Part shown: piece after piece, positions 51,647 through 64,000 of the stretch | How the letters are laid out: each line of letters starts with the position of its first letter | How positions within the stretch are numbered: position 1 is the stretch's first letter | Notes under the pieces: generated by a model | The model's database searches: none | Seen by the model: only the letters and a program-made list of their open reading frames with translations | What the model was told of the DNA's origin: nothing | Position numbers and translations under genes: made by a program | Source: Chiloscyllium plagiosum | Taxonomy: Eukaryota | Direction: 5' to 3' | NCBI RefSeq assembly: GCF_004010195.1 | Contig: NC_057719.1 | Location: 94,679,775-94,743,774, forward strand | Length of the DNA stretch: 64,000 nucleotides

Positions 51647-53605
51647 GTAGAATTTGCAGTGGGGGCTTTCTTCGGGAATAGTGACCAAAATTCTGTAAGT
51701 TTTAGAATACACATGGACAAAGATAAGAGTGGTCCTAAGGGAAGAGTACTAAACTGGGCCAAGGCTAATGATATCAAAATTCAGTAGGAGCTGGGAAATG
51801 TCAATTGGGAGCAATTATTTGAAGGGAAGTCCATATGTGGGAGGCTTTCAAAAATAGGTTGAAGATAGGGCAGGATAGCCATGTCCCTTTGAAGATAAGG
51901 GATAGGAAAGGCAAGATTCGTAAACTGTGGATGACAGGAGAAATCATGCAACTAGCCAAAAGAAAAAGGGAAGCCTACATAACATCCAGGTAGCTAAGAA
52001 CAGAACGGGCCTTGGATGAATTTTGGGACCAATCTTAAACAAGGAATCAAACATGCTAATAGGGTCATGAAATAACTTTAGTGAGCAGGATTAAGGAGAA
52101 TCCCAAGGCCTTTTATTCATATATAAGAAGCAAGAGGGTAATTAGAGAAAGGATTGGATGACTAAAGGATAAGGAAGGAAGGTTGTGTGTCAAACCTGAG
52201 AAAATGAGTGAGATTTTTAATGATTACTTTGCATCAGTGTTCATTGAGGAGAGGGACATGATGAATGTTGAGATTAGAGATAGACGTTTGTTTATTCTGG
52301 ATCATGTTGACATAAGGAGGAGGTTGTGTTAAGTAGGCTAAAGGATATTAAGGTGGACAAATCTCCAGGACCGTTTGGGATCTATCCCAGGTTGCTGAGG
52401 GGGGCGAGAGAGGAAATAGCTGGGGACCTGACAGATATCTTTGTAGCATCCTTAAACACAGGTGAGGTGCCAGAAGACTGGAGAGTTACGAATGTTGTCC
52501 CCCTGTACAAGAAGGGTAGTAGGGATATTCCGGGTAACTAGAGACCAGTGAGCCTGACGTCAGTTATGCGAAAGTTGCTAGAGAAGGCACTGAGGGATAG
52601 CATCTATTTATATTTGGAAAAGAATGGGCATATCAGTGATAACCAACATGGTTTTGTGCGGGGGGGAGATCATGCCTTACCAATTTAATAGAGTTCTTTG
52701 AGGAAGTGAGCAAGTTGATAGGTGAAGGAAGGGCTGCTGATGTTACATACATGGACTTTAGTAAGGCATTTGACAAAGTCCCCCATGGTAAACTAATGGG
52801 GGAAGTGGAGTTACATGGTGTGCAGGATGTTCTAGCTAGGTGGATAAAGAACTGGTTGAGTAACAGGAAACAAAGAGTGGTAGTTGAAGGCAGTTTCTCA
52901 AAATGGAGAAAGGTGACCAGTGGTGTTCCACAGGGGTCAGTGCTGGGGCCACTGTTGTTCGTGATATGCATAAATAACCTGGAAGAGAGCATTGGTGGTC
53001 TGATCAGTAAGTTTGAGATGACACGAAGTTTGGTGGAGTAAAAGAAAGCATGGGAGACTGTCAAAGAATACAGGAGAATATAGATAGATTGGAGAGTTGG
53101 GTGGAAAAGTGCCAGATGGAGTTCAATCCTGGCAAATGTGAAGTGATGCATTTTGGGAAGTCTAATTCTAGAATGAAGTATACTGTAAATGGAAGAGTCT
53201 TGGGAAAAGTTGATGAGCAGAGAGATCTGGGAGAGCAGGTCCATTGTACCCTGAAGGTGGCTGCACAGGTGGATAGAGTGGTCAAGAAGGCATATGGTAT
53301 GCTTGCCTTCATCGGACGGGGTATTGAGTATAAGAGCTGGCAGGTCATGTTAAAATTGTACAAGACATTGGTTTGGCCGAATTTAGAATACTGCATACAG
53401 TTCTGGTTGCCACATTACCAAAAGGATGTGGACGCTTTGGAGAGGGTGCAGAGAAGGTTTACTAGGATGTTGTCTGGTATGGAAAGTGCTAGCTATGAAG
53501 AGAGGTTGAGTAGGTTAGGATTGTTTTCATTAGAAAAAAGGAGATTGAGGGGGGAACTTGATCGAAGTCTATAAAATCATGAACAGTATAGACAGAGTGG
53601 ATAGA
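51647..53605 (+). mobile_element. CR1 LINE ORF2 fragment
   Basis: FFGNSDQNSV, KSPGPFGIYP, GVPQGSVLGP, YCIQFWLPH; its 3' end is replaced by the next element. Confidence 0.9.
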
Positions 53606-53609
53606 ACAT

Positions 53610-54612
53610 AGAAAGTAAGGAGGCATGGGCTACAGGTAAATTTAACTGTGTAGATACAGAATTGGCTGGCCCATGGAAGACAGAGAGTGGTAGTAGATGG
53701 AATGCATTCAGCCTGGAGCTCGGTGACCCAGTAGTGTTCCCAGGGATCTGTTCTGGGACCTCTGCTCTTTGTGATTTTTATAAATGACTTAGATGAGGAA
53801 GTGGAAGGGTGGGTTACTATGTTTGCTGATGACATGAAGGTTGGTGGAGTTATGGATAGTATGGAGGACTGTTGTAGGTTGCAATTGACAGGATGCAAAG
53901 CTGGGCTGATAAGTGACAGATTGAGTTCAACCTGGAAAAGTGCAAAGTGATTCATTTTGGAAGCTTGAATCTGAATGCAGGTTATAGGGTTAAAGTCAGG
54001 ATTCTTGGTAGTATGGAGGAACAGAGGGATCTTGGGGTCCACATCCATAGATCCCTCAAAGTTACCACTCAAGTTGATTAGGTTGTTAAGAAGGCACTAG
54101 GTTTGTTGGCTTTCATTAGCAGTGGGATTGAGTTTAAGAGAAGCGAGGTTATGCTGCAGCTGTAAAAAGTCCTGGTTAGACCACACTTGGAATATTGTGT
54201 TCAGTTGTGGTTGCTTCATTCTCGAAAGGATGTGGAACTTTTAGAGAGGAGATTTACCAGGATGCTGCCTGGACTGGAGGGCATGTCTTATGAAGAAAGG
54301 CTGAGGGAGCTAGGGCTTTTTTCATTGGAGAGAAAAGGATAAAAGGTGACTTGACAGAGGTGTGCATAGTTTTAAGGTGATTGGAGGAAGGTTTAGGGGA
54401 GATGTTAGAGGTTGGTTCTTTACACAGAAAGTGGCGGTTGCATGGAATGCACTGCCAGCGGTGGGAGTAGAGTCAGATACATTAGGGACATTTAAATGAC
54501 TCTTGGATAGCCACATGGATGATAATAAAATGAAAGGTATGTAGATTAGTTCAGGATAAAAGGTCTGCACAACATCGATGGCCTGTACTGTTCCATGTTC
54601 TATGTTTTATGT
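53610..54612 (+). mobile_element. CR1 LINE 3' fragment
   Basis: A second PQGSVLG..FADD block, then tail GTTCTATGTTTTATG. Confidence 0.88.
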
Positions 54613-54790
54613 AACACCAAGACAACAGAGGAGGAGGAATAGCCATTTATGATCATGACAATCTATAAATGGATGAACAAAGATCAGAAAGACCTGCGAA
54701 TGCTGGAAATCAGAAACATAAACAGAAATTACTGGAAAAACACAGCAGGTCTAGCCACATCTATGGAGAGAAAGCAGAGTTAACATTCAT

Positions 54791-55092
54791 GGGCGGCACG
54801 GTGGCACAGTGGTTAGCACTGCTGCCTCACAGCGCCAGAGACCCGGGTTCAATTCCCGCCTCAGGCGACTGACTGTGTGCACGTTCTCCCCTGTGTCTGC
54901 GTGGGTTTCCTCCGGGTGCTCCGGTTTCCTCCCACAGTCCAAAGATGTGCAGGTCAGGTGAATTGGCCATGCTAAATTGCCCGTAGTGTTAGGTAAGGGG
55001 TAATACATAGGGGTATGGGTGGGTTGCGCTTCGGTGGGTCGGTGTGGACTTGTTGGGCCGAAGGGCCTGTTTCCACACTGTAATGTAATCTA
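54791..55092 (+). mobile_element. Full-length HE1-type V-SINE inserted in a PLE-terminus element (54675-55120)
   Basis: GGCGGCACGGTGGCACAGTGGTTAGCACTG..GGTTCAATTCCC head, V core and tail; host halves GAGTTAACA / TTTTGGGTCCAGTGACCCTTCTTCAGAA. Confidence 0.92.
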
Positions 55093-56314
55093 ATTTTGGG
55101 TCCAGTGACCCTTCTTCAGAAGATGTGACTCAAGTGCATGTTGGCCACAGCTGGAGATCTAAATCAATGAACTGAATTAATTATTGAAAATGGATATTTA
55201 TTTAAGAATGTTAAAATAGGTTTTTATAAAAAGATCCTTCTGGACATTTACAAACCCAACCTCCCTCACCTTACCATGTTAGTTTCTACACCAATAAATT
55301 TATGAAAATCTACAAATGTTGAGATTATTGCAACCTTCTATAGCTTTCAGACTTGTCCATTTCTTCTCCAACCAACACACTCTTATTCAAACGTAATCAA
55401 TATAGCCTGAGTTTAATTACATGAAATCGAAACCAAACATTTGTTTTTCAAGTTGTGAATGAAAACAACATAAGAACAATTGTTGATTGAGGAAGTCTGA
55501 AAAAGATTGAGCAAATGATTTAGCTAGTTTATGAAAATGACAGAAAATCAGTGCACGTTGGTCAAAAAAAGACTATCATAATGATAATATTCCTTAAATC
55601 AAACTGATCAAATTGGCAGATGAAAAGTTAAAAATAATGTGAGAAGAAGATTTATTTGGCCATGAGATTTGGCTTCATATCACAACTGGTACCATCACTA
55701 TGGAAGCCTGGAATTTGCAGACTGACTGAGTAGCATTTAGAGAGAAATAAAGTACTTCCATTTTGAAGGTGTAATCTCCTTGTATTCAAGAGCAGAAGTA
55801 AGAGACCTGAGTTTGGTGACGAGTGGGCTCGGTTGTATAATTAGTTCCTGGGATATTGTCTGTAGTTGATAAGGTTCAAAATGGCAGGGGAACTCAGCCC
55901 CATAGAATGCTCCTCTTGTAATCGGTGGGAAATCAGGGACACTTCCAGTCTCCATTCTGACTACATATGCAGAAATTGTGTTCAGCTGTAGCTCCTGATT
56001 TGCCACATTGACTGCCTGGATCTGTTGACGGACTCACTACGGAGAATCCACAAGGCTGAGAATGCCATGGCTGGTACATCTAGTGATCTGGTCACACTAC
56101 CAATAAGGGCTACACAGGCACAGAAGATTTGGGTGACTACCAGGAAGATTGGTGGGCGGCACGGTGGCACAGTGGTTAGCACTGCTGCCTCACAGCGCCA
56201 GAGACCCGGATCTGGTCACACTACCAATAAGGGCTACACAGGCACAGAAGATTTGGGTGACTACCAGGAAGATTTGTAAGCCTGAGCAGGCAGTGCTGGA
56301 GCCCCTGTGACTAT

Positions 56315-56672
56315 GGATGTAGGTTTGCCTACTGAAGGTTCATTTCCAGACATTTCATCACCCTGCTAGGTAACATCTTCAGTGGGCCTCCAAGCGATGT
56401 TGATAATTCCTGCTTTCTATTTATATGTTTGGGTTTCTTTGGGTCGGTGATGTCATTTCCTGTGGTGAGGTCATTTCTTGTTCTTTTTCTCAGGGGCTGG
56501 AAGATGGGGTCTAACTCAATGTGTTTGTTGATAGAGTGGAATTCTCGTGCGTGTCTCTGTTTCTAGAATTCCTTGTAGGGTGATGAAACGTCTGGAAATG
56601 AACCTTCCAGCTCAGCGAGCAAACCTACATCCAGAACCTAACCTGAGCTGCAAATCTTCTCAAAACTCGCTA
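56315..56672. mobile_element. Penelope-like 3' fragment with inverted terminal copy (second PLE family)
   Basis: Minus strand KQRHAREF..SINKHIELDPIFQPLRKR and CTGAAGATGTTACC..GGGTGATGAAATGTC; inverted copy at 56577-56672; flanks CCCCTGTGACTAT / CCCCTCTGACCAT. Confidence 0.78.
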
Positions 56673-56788
56673 AGACCCCTCTGACCATTCCTCTCTCAAA
56701 CAGAGATACTGTTCTGGACACTGTTGGGGGGATGGCTCTCAGGAGAAAGCAGCCACAGCTAGATCTGCACCATGATTGCTCAGCCTTG

Positions 56789-56890
56789 CTGATGAAGAGC
56801 TTATGCCCGAAATATTGATTCGCCTGCTCCTTGATGCTGCCTGCTCCTTGGATGCTGCCTGACCTGCTGTGCTTTTCCAGAACCACTCTA
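56789..56890 (+). mobile_element. Short hammerhead element
   Basis: CTGATGAAGAGCTTATGCCCGAAATATTG..GGATGCTGCCTGACCTGCTG. Confidence 0.78.
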
Positions 56891-56989
56891 TATTCTTGTG
56901 AATGATATTGGCAGGAAGAGAGATGAGGTCCTGCAAAGGGATTGCAGGGTGTTAGGTAGGAAGATGAAAAGCAGGACCTGTAGGTGGAA

Positions 56990-57262
56990 TTGGATACTGC
57001 AGATGCTGGAGACCAGAGTCAAGGTTAGAGTGGTGCTAGAAAAGCACAGCAGGTCAGGCAACATCTAAGGAGCAGGAGAATTGATGTTTCGGGCAAAAGC
57101 CCTTCATCAGGGTGGAGAGGTAAATGAGCAAGGGTGTGAGGTTGGGGGAAGGTCGCGGAGGGTGGAGTGGATAGGTGGGAAGGAAGATTGACAGGTGGGA
57201 CAGGTCATAAGGACGTTGCTGAACTGAAAGGTTCCAAACGAAACGTCGATCTTCCTACTCCT
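56990..57262 (-). mobile_element. Longer copy of the hammerhead family, with upstream pyrimidine-rich PLE-like 3' UTR and short inversion
   Basis: Family body at 56996-57111, then a purine-rich tract on + like 13780-13985, then inverted CGAAACGTCGATCTTCCT. Confidence 0.72.
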
Positions 57263-59992
57263 CTAGGGTTGTAACCTTGTGAGTGCCATGTACCAGTGCA
57301 AGCTGGGAATAGTAGGACATAGAGTTCAATACATGGCCAAAGAACTCAAGTAGGGAGGTAGGCTTCAGGTATTTGGATCATTGGGATGTCATCCAGTGCA
57401 GGTGGGACCTGTAAAAGAAGGACAGGTGGCACCAATGTCCAGGCAAGGAGGTTTGCAGTGCTATTCAGAAGAATTTAAATGAGTGTTTCAGGGTGGGAAC
57501 TAAAATAGTAGGTCAGCAAGTAAAAAGTCTGAGGAGGAGTCAGAGATTCAGGGCCAGTAAGATTAGGAGGAAGAACAGACAGAGAAGTCACTGAACATGG
57601 TTGGACTTACGGTCTGAGGTCCATATGTTTTAATGCAAGGAGTATGACAGGTAAGGCAGATGAACTTCAAGTTTGGCTTAACACATATAATTTTAGTGAG
57701 GCATTTGATAAGGTACATGATGGCAGGCTGGTACAAAATGTAGAGTCTCGTGGGATCTGGGGTGTGCTGGCTAGATGGCTACAGAACTGGCTTGGTCATA
57801 GAAGACAGAGTAACAGTGGAAGGGTGATTTTTGGAATGGAGATCAGTAACTAGTGGTGTTCCGTAGGGATTAGTGCTCAACATTTGTTGTTTGTGATGAC
57901 CTGGTAGAAAATGGAGGTGGTCTGATTAGAAAGTTTATGAATGATGCCAGAATTGGCAGAGTTGCAGATGGTGAGGAGAATTGTCAAATGATACAGTGGG
58001 ATATAGATAGATTGCAGATTTGTGCAGAGTAATAGCAGATGGAGTTTAATCCAGACCAATGTGAGGTGGTGCATTTTGGAAGATCAAATTCAGGTGTAGA
58101 TTGTACAATCAATGGCAGAAATCTTAGGAGAATTGATATGCAGAGGGATCTGGGTCTTCAGCATGCTTACCTTCATCAGCTGGTGCATTGAATATAAAAG
58201 CTGTAGGTTATATTACCGCTGTATAAAATTGTAATTTGGCACATTCAGAATATTATGTGCTGTTCTGGTTGCCACACCACCAGAAGAACATGGATGCTTT
58301 GGGGAGGGTGCAGAGAAGGTTTACCGGGATGTTGCCTGGTCTGGAGGGCTTTAGGTGTGAGAAAAGGTTGAATTGTTTTTACTGGAAAAGTGGGGGCTGT
58401 GGGGGCACCCTGATAGAGGTCTACAAAATTATGAAAGGCATAGATAGAGTGGATATTCGGAGGCTTCTTCCGAGAGTGGAAAGGTCAACTACAGAAGGGC
58501 ACAAGGTCAAGGTGAGAGAGGGAAAGTTTGGGGAACAGTGCAGGGAAAAATGTTTCACACAGACAGTGGCGGGTGTCTGGAACGCATGACCACTGGAGGC
58601 AGTGGAAGCAAGATATCTTGATAGACACATAATAGACACATGAATGTGAGGTGAACAGAAGGATAGAAACTGCATATGGGCAATAAATTATGGGTCTAAA
58701 TAAGGATTTGGGATCGGCTCATGCTTAGTGAGCTGAAGAGTCTGTTTCTGGGGTTCGGGTTTTCTGTGTTTAATTGGGATTCAGGTCCTCAGTGTCTAAG
58801 TGGAATTTGAGCTCCCATGAGGAGTAAAGTGAGAAAGGGGTTAAAGTCCCAAGTGGCGAAATTTGAGGCTCTGCGAGTCTTTGTTCAGGGGGAAGAGAGT
58901 GGCTTAGACTATGGCATCATGTGGTCTGCTGTGAGGGATCTCTCTTATTGTAAGTGTAATTTCATCGAGAGGATGCAAACAAAAAAAGGGAAAACACTGA
59001 AATTAAGGTTGTACTAATACTTGGATTGAAAAAGGAAAGTTTCAATGTAAATCGTGCCATGCTGTGTTTGATGTTTAAAAATTTTGGTTTGTTAAAATAT
59101 TGGTTCAGAAAAGCCTTTTAAGTAACTGTTTTGCCTTGCTTGAATTGCAATTTCAATTCAATGCGTTTTGTGGGCTGTGTAATGGGGCAGATTTTGTTTT
59201 TACATTGTAATTGCACAACATTATGTCCTTTTCAAAATGATCAAACTTGTAACCTTAAAACAAATTGACTGAGTGCGTTGAGCCCCTGATTTGTTTGTAA
59301 TTCTACAATGCCTGTTAAAAGAAGCAATTGGGTCATACTTTAGCCAGATGAGAGTTTTGTATTATAATATCTTTGCTGCTGTATTTTTAATGCAGAGTGT
59401 TCACAAAAAGAAGAGTGGATTTTGAGGTTGATGATTTGTTAAGATTTTAGAGAATATTAGAACTTGAGGCAGAGCTGTTTCAGTTCTGTTAATTATTGGT
59501 AAGACTTCATTGGTCCCTTCATATTGCAAATTCAAAGAATGCTGATATCTGCCAAAGTTGCCACTGTAATTTTGACTTTTATTTGGGAAGTTTCATTTGG
59601 AGAACATATTTTAAAATATTCTGCATTTGTTTCCCATGAATATTTGAGACTTAAATCTGAACTAAATCTGCCTCTTTAATTGCTCAAGCACAGGAATTAT
59701 TTTGTTGTTTTCTTGCTGTTCCAGACTTTTGAAATACTTTTCCTGACAGCTTTCACATTAGCTAAGTCTCAACTTGTTAAAGGGAAATAAGTTTTGAATA
59801 ACCTGAATGAGGTACACGAGGGTTTGATTTTAGAGCCATTGATTGTTGTTTATAAATGTCTGAATTGTTCAGGCAGTACAATTTAGAAGGTTATGGATTG
59901 TATAAACTTGATAATGTCATAAATAGTGAACAGAGTAACAGACTTCAAGAATTCAAAGAATGTTGAAATAGGCAGACACAATTTATAGGGTT

Positions 59993-61345
59993 CATAGAGT
60001 CATAGAGATGTACAGCACGGAAACAGACCCTTCGGTCCAACTGTCTATGCTGACCAGATATCCCAACCCAATCTAGTCCCACCTGCCAGCACCTGGCCCA
60101 TATTCCTCCAAACCCTTCCTATCCAGATACCCATCCAGATGCCTCTTAAACTTTGCAATTGTACCAGCCTCCACCACTTGCTCTGGCAGCTCATTCCTTA
60201 TACGCACCACCCTCTGCGTGAAAACGTTGCCCCGTAGGTCTCTTTTATATCTTTTCCCTCTCACCCTAAACCTATGCCTCTAGTTCNNNNNNNNNNNNNN
60301 NNNNNNNNNNNNNNNNNNNNNNNNNNNNNNNNNNNNNNNNNNNNNNNNNNNNNNNNNNNNNNNNNNNNNNNNNNNNNNNNNNNNNNNNNNNNNNNNNNNN
60401 NNNNNNNNNNNNNNNNNNNNNNNNNNNNNNNNNNNNNNNNNNNNNNNNNNNNNNNNNNNNNNNNNNNNNNNNNNNNNNNNNNNNNNNNNNNNNNNNNNNN
60501 NNNNNNNNNNNNNNNNNNNNNNNNNNNNNNNNNNNNNNNNNNNNNNNNNNNNNNNNNNNNNNNNNNNNNNNNNNNNNNNNNNNNNNNNNNNNNNNNNNNN
60601 NNNNNNNNNNNNNNNNNNNNNNNNNNNNNNNNNNNNNNNNNNNNNNNNNNNNNNNNNNNNNNNNNNNNNNNNNNNNNNNNNNNNNNNNNNNNNNNNNNNN
60701 NNNNNNNNNNNNNNNNNNNNNNNNNNNNNNNNNNNNNNNNNNNNNNNNNNNNNNNNNNNNNNNNNNNNNNNNNNNNNNNNNNNNNNNNNNNNNNNNNNNN
60801 NNNNNNNNNNNNNNNNNNNNNNNNNNNNNNNNNNNNNNNNNNNNNNNNNNNNNNNNNNNNNNNNNNNNNNNNNNNNNNNNNNNNNNNNNNNNNNNNNNNN
60901 NNNNNNNNNNNNNNNNNNNNNNNNNNNNNNNNNNNNNNNTCAAAAAACTCAATCAAGTTTGTGAGACATGATTTCCCACGCACAAAGCCATGTTGACTAT
61001 CCCTAATCAGTCCTTGCCTTTCCAAATACATGTATATCCTGTCCCTCAGGATTCCCTCCAACAACTTGCCCACTACCGACATCAGGCTCACTGGTCTATA
61101 GTTCCCTGGTTTGTCCTTACCACCCTTCTTAAACAGTGGCACCACGTTAGCCAACCTCCAGTCTTCCGGCACCTCACCTCTGACTATTGATGATACACAT
61201 ATCTCAGCAAGAGATCCAGCAATCACTTCTATAGATTCCCACAGAGTTGTAGGGTACACCTGATCAGGTCCTGGGGTTTTATCCACTTTTATGCATTTCA
61301 AGACATCCAGCACTTCCTCCTCTGTAATATGGACATTTTGCAAGA
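59993..61345 (-). mobile_element. CR1/HER1-type LINE (RT, spans gap)
   Basis: KTPGPDQVYP, NYRPVSL, QHGFVRGKSCLTNL; (TCTATGAC)n tail. Confidence 0.92.
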
Positions 61346-61407
61346 TTTAGTGTAGTTAAGTGGGTGTTTGTCTTCATATTGATAGCTATCTTGGCAAGGA
61401 AGGAATT

Positions 61408-61730
61408 TTAGATTAGATGATTAGATTCCTTACAGTATGGAAACAGGTCCTTCGGCCCAACAAGTCCACACCGATCCTCAAAAGAGTAACCCACCCAGAC
61501 CCATTTCCCTACATTTACCCCTGACTAATGTACTTAACACTATGGACAATTTAACATGGCCAATTCACCAGACCTGCACATCTTTGGATTGTGTGAGGAA
61601 ACCGGACCACCCGGAGAAAACCCACGCAGACACAGGGAGAATGTGCACAGAGACAGTCGCCCGAGGCTGGAATCAAGGGCTCTGGTGCTGTGATGCAGCA
61701 GTGCTAACCACTGAGCTACCATGCTGCCCT
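61408..61730 (-). mobile_element. HE1-type V-SINE
   Basis: Reverse complement of tRNA head, V core and tail with (AATCT)n end. Confidence 0.88.
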
Positions 61731-61855
61731 TGAGATAGGAAATGCAGAGAAACTTTCAGCAGCTAACATCATCTCGTGAGTTTCTCCATTCATGGGTAAA
61801 ACATGCCTTTGGACCTTCACAGCCTGATCCAACAGACTCAATTAGCTCCCCAGTC

Positions 61856-62076
61856 ATAAGCACGAAATGTGAAGAAGCTAGAAACAGTGAAGAGGAATGT
61901 GGTACGCTTTTTGTCAGTGTCCTTCCTTTGAACATTAAACCACGTGAGTCTTACCTTGTCTTTCTATCATTTAAGGGATATGAAGGTTCACTGATCAAGC
62001 TAACATCACAACAGCTAGTTGTCTTTGTTACATTTAACAGCAGAGTGGGAGCAGAAGCAGCAAAGAATACTGCATT
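61856..62076 (+). pseudogene. RBPMS: Processed pseudogene fragment of RBPMS/RBPMS2 (hermes) RRM
   Basis: [60 protein letters not shown] vs recalled [65 protein letters not shown]. Intronless; conserved residues substituted; paralogue uncertain. Confidence 0.85.
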
Positions 62077-63213
62077 GCACACTCAGATGTGCTAGTATTC
62101 TCCATCTGAAACATCTCCGGAAGAATGGAAGTCTCGTCAGTTTTGTGAAGCATTTAACTGCCCTTATCCAAGAATTCAGATTTCTCCGTGGAGTGATAAG
62201 AGGGCAGACTGGATTTTGTTTCCAGGTTCGACTTGACTGAAGGAGATTTTGGAGAACTGACTCGTTTCCACTCAACTTGGAAGGGATGCAGTGGTCACTA
62301 AGGATTGTGGATTTAGAAACTTTACTGGTGAATTTTTTTCCCACATGGGAGGATTCTTCAAACTCTAATTACTGTAACAAACGAATAATTTTTGTCGTTA
62401 TAATCATTGTTTGCTGTGTGTCAATAATTTGCTTAAATATTGGCCGTCAGAGTCTTACGAAAGCTGGTAGTGCCATCTCAGTGGTTATCACGAAATGGTA
62501 AAAGGAGGGAATGAGAATGTGTAGAGGGTATAACCAGGCAGGGAAAGAGTTAAGTTTGTGAAACAAATCATTCAGCTGAGTATGACTCAGATCAGACTTA
62601 GTTAACAATGGGATGCTGGAGGCAAGAGTAATGGGTTAACAAGGTGGAACAGGATTCATTATGTAGAGCCATTTAACAATATTGGAAGCATTCAGTATGT
62701 AACATCAGTTGACAAGGTGAAAAGTATTCATTATGTAAACTCAGCTAGTCATTGTGTAACAGCAGATGGCTTAATCTTTACTATTGACAGTTGCTAGTTG
62801 TAACGGTCACCTAATCAATATGTATGTTGCCTTATCTGAATGCTCCGCCCTCTAAAATGATGATATAGTTCATTGAGAAACTGCCGTTGCAGAGAAGACC
62901 GTGAACTCATGTCTCTGTGCACATGGGCGATCGTCTCTCTCCCTCCAGGGCCTGGAATAAAGATGAAGGAGGTAAAGTTTTACTGTGTTTCTGAATGTTT
63001 TGTTTTGACTGGGGGTTGGGGTTTGGGAACGTGACAACAGTAGCAGCCCATGTGATGGTAAGATCTGATGTGTGTAGGTTGGGATAAGGGCATGGGATAA
63101 GATACTCAAGCAATAGTTTCAGTGCCTCTTGGGCTACATTATTATAGAGCATGAACTCTCGGCAAACAAACAGCAAAGAAAGTGAAAGGGTCGCAAAAGG
63201 GATGTGTTCAGAG

Positions 63214-64000
63214 TGTCACAAAGCTGGTCCTTTTCTCAAGGAAACTGTGCTCTTGATTTCTTTCAGAGAGCTCATGAATAGTTTGGGCTCCGATTAGACT
63301 AGTTTGGTACAGAAATGAAAAGGATTTAGAGAGGCCTTTTGTTTATTTGTAAACAGATGAGACTCCAGGCCAAAGTGGTCACATTTTAGAAGTGACCTGT
63401 ACAATGAAAGGGGAGTGGCCAGCTCTCGAGCTGAGCAGTTCAGTCCAGAACAGTATTCAACAGTGAGCTGTGTGGAAACAAACTCTCTCTCTCTCTCTTC
63501 CTGCCTTTCTAACTTAAACCTGTGAGCATCTGTTCCTTTTTCCTTACTGTGTTTTAAGGGGGTTTGCTAACTCGGACTATTTATATTCAGAACAGCATTA
63601 AGTCTAGTTTGGATAGGTTGTGTTCTGTAGGGGTCCTTTATTCTGTTCTTTGTGTTCCATTGTGTAATTTTGTGAATACATTTCTGTCTGTTTTAAAACC
63701 TAATAGTCAATCTAGCTAACTTAATCCGGGTAATTGTCAGTGTACACTTACCGAAACAAATAGTAAAGTTATGATTTGGGTTGCCTGCTCAAGAATGTTT
63801 TGAGTGGTCTAACCCAGTCCATAACAGATTGGGGGGCTTTTTGTGGGATTTTAAACAGCGAGTGGTAGGTGCTAATGTCTTTACTTCAGCTGTTGGTTTG
63901 GTTAGGTAGACAAAGCTTGGGATTGTAATGGCTCTTTCAGTCAGCAAAAGTTTTCTGGACATGGATACAGTGACTTTGGAAGTTTTGCAAAAGGTGATTA
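63214..64000 (+). mobile_element. 5' LTR, PBS and gag start of a second Gmr1-like Gypsy copy
   Basis: LTR TGTCACA..ATAACA (63214-63826) is the reverse-complement homologue of 34928-35566; PBS-like TGGGGGGCT at 63830; ATG at 63928 gives MALSVSKSFLDMDTVTLEVLQKV. Confidence 0.92.

Larger units (their letters stand above)
55881..58765 (+). mobile_element. Decayed, internally deleted CR1 LINE carrying several insertions
   Basis: ORF1 MAGELSPIECSSCNRWEIRD..YICRNCVQL, homologous to 25683; esterase remnants; RT C-terminus at 57690-58590. Confidence 0.8.

Noticed and set aside
54791..54865. tRNA gene-like A/B boxes
   Set aside because: SINE head continuing into V core and LINE tail; no tRNA 3' acceptor arm.
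55737..56006. 89-aa minus-strand ORF that looks protein-like
   Set aside because: It is the antisense shadow of the CR1 ORF1 zinc finger on the plus strand (55881 onward).
62486..63036. Possible solo LTR (TATCACG...CGTGACA, internal AATAAA)
   Set aside because: The 5' end is not TG, no TSD is visible, and there is no second copy in the window.
9260..64000. PGR exons expected downstream of ARHGAP42 by human synteny
   Set aside because: No nuclear-receptor ligand-binding-domain sequence recognised on either strand.
1..64000. CRISPR array or prokaryotic system
   Set aside because: Repeats are dispersed vertebrate retroelements; there is no repeat-spacer periodicity or operon structure.

Overview
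Vertebrate genomic DNA with seven N-gaps. The HE1-type V-SINEs and HER1/CR1 LINEs point to an elasmobranch (shark); this is an inference. The window is dominated by decayed retroelements: many CR1 LINE copies (several nested), tRNA-derived SINEs and Penelope-like elements (PLEs). A high-copy family of ~90-220 bp PLE-derived inserts carries minimal hammerhead ribozyme cores and 11-19 bp target-site duplications (TSDs). There is one full-length Gypsy LTR element with the unusual gag-PR-IN-RT-RH (Gmr1-like) order, a 4-bp TSD and a tRNA-Pro PBS, plus the 5' end of a second copy and an unrelated solo LTR. Host-derived sequence: the terminal SH3-coding exon and ~1.9 kb 3' UTR of ARHGAP42 (+ strand; missed by the ORF track), a processed RBPMS/RBPMS2 RRM retrocopy, and a tentative set of minus-strand exon-like segments I cannot name. 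Most TE boundaries are approximate. All family assignments come from reading motifs and recalled sequences, not database searches.
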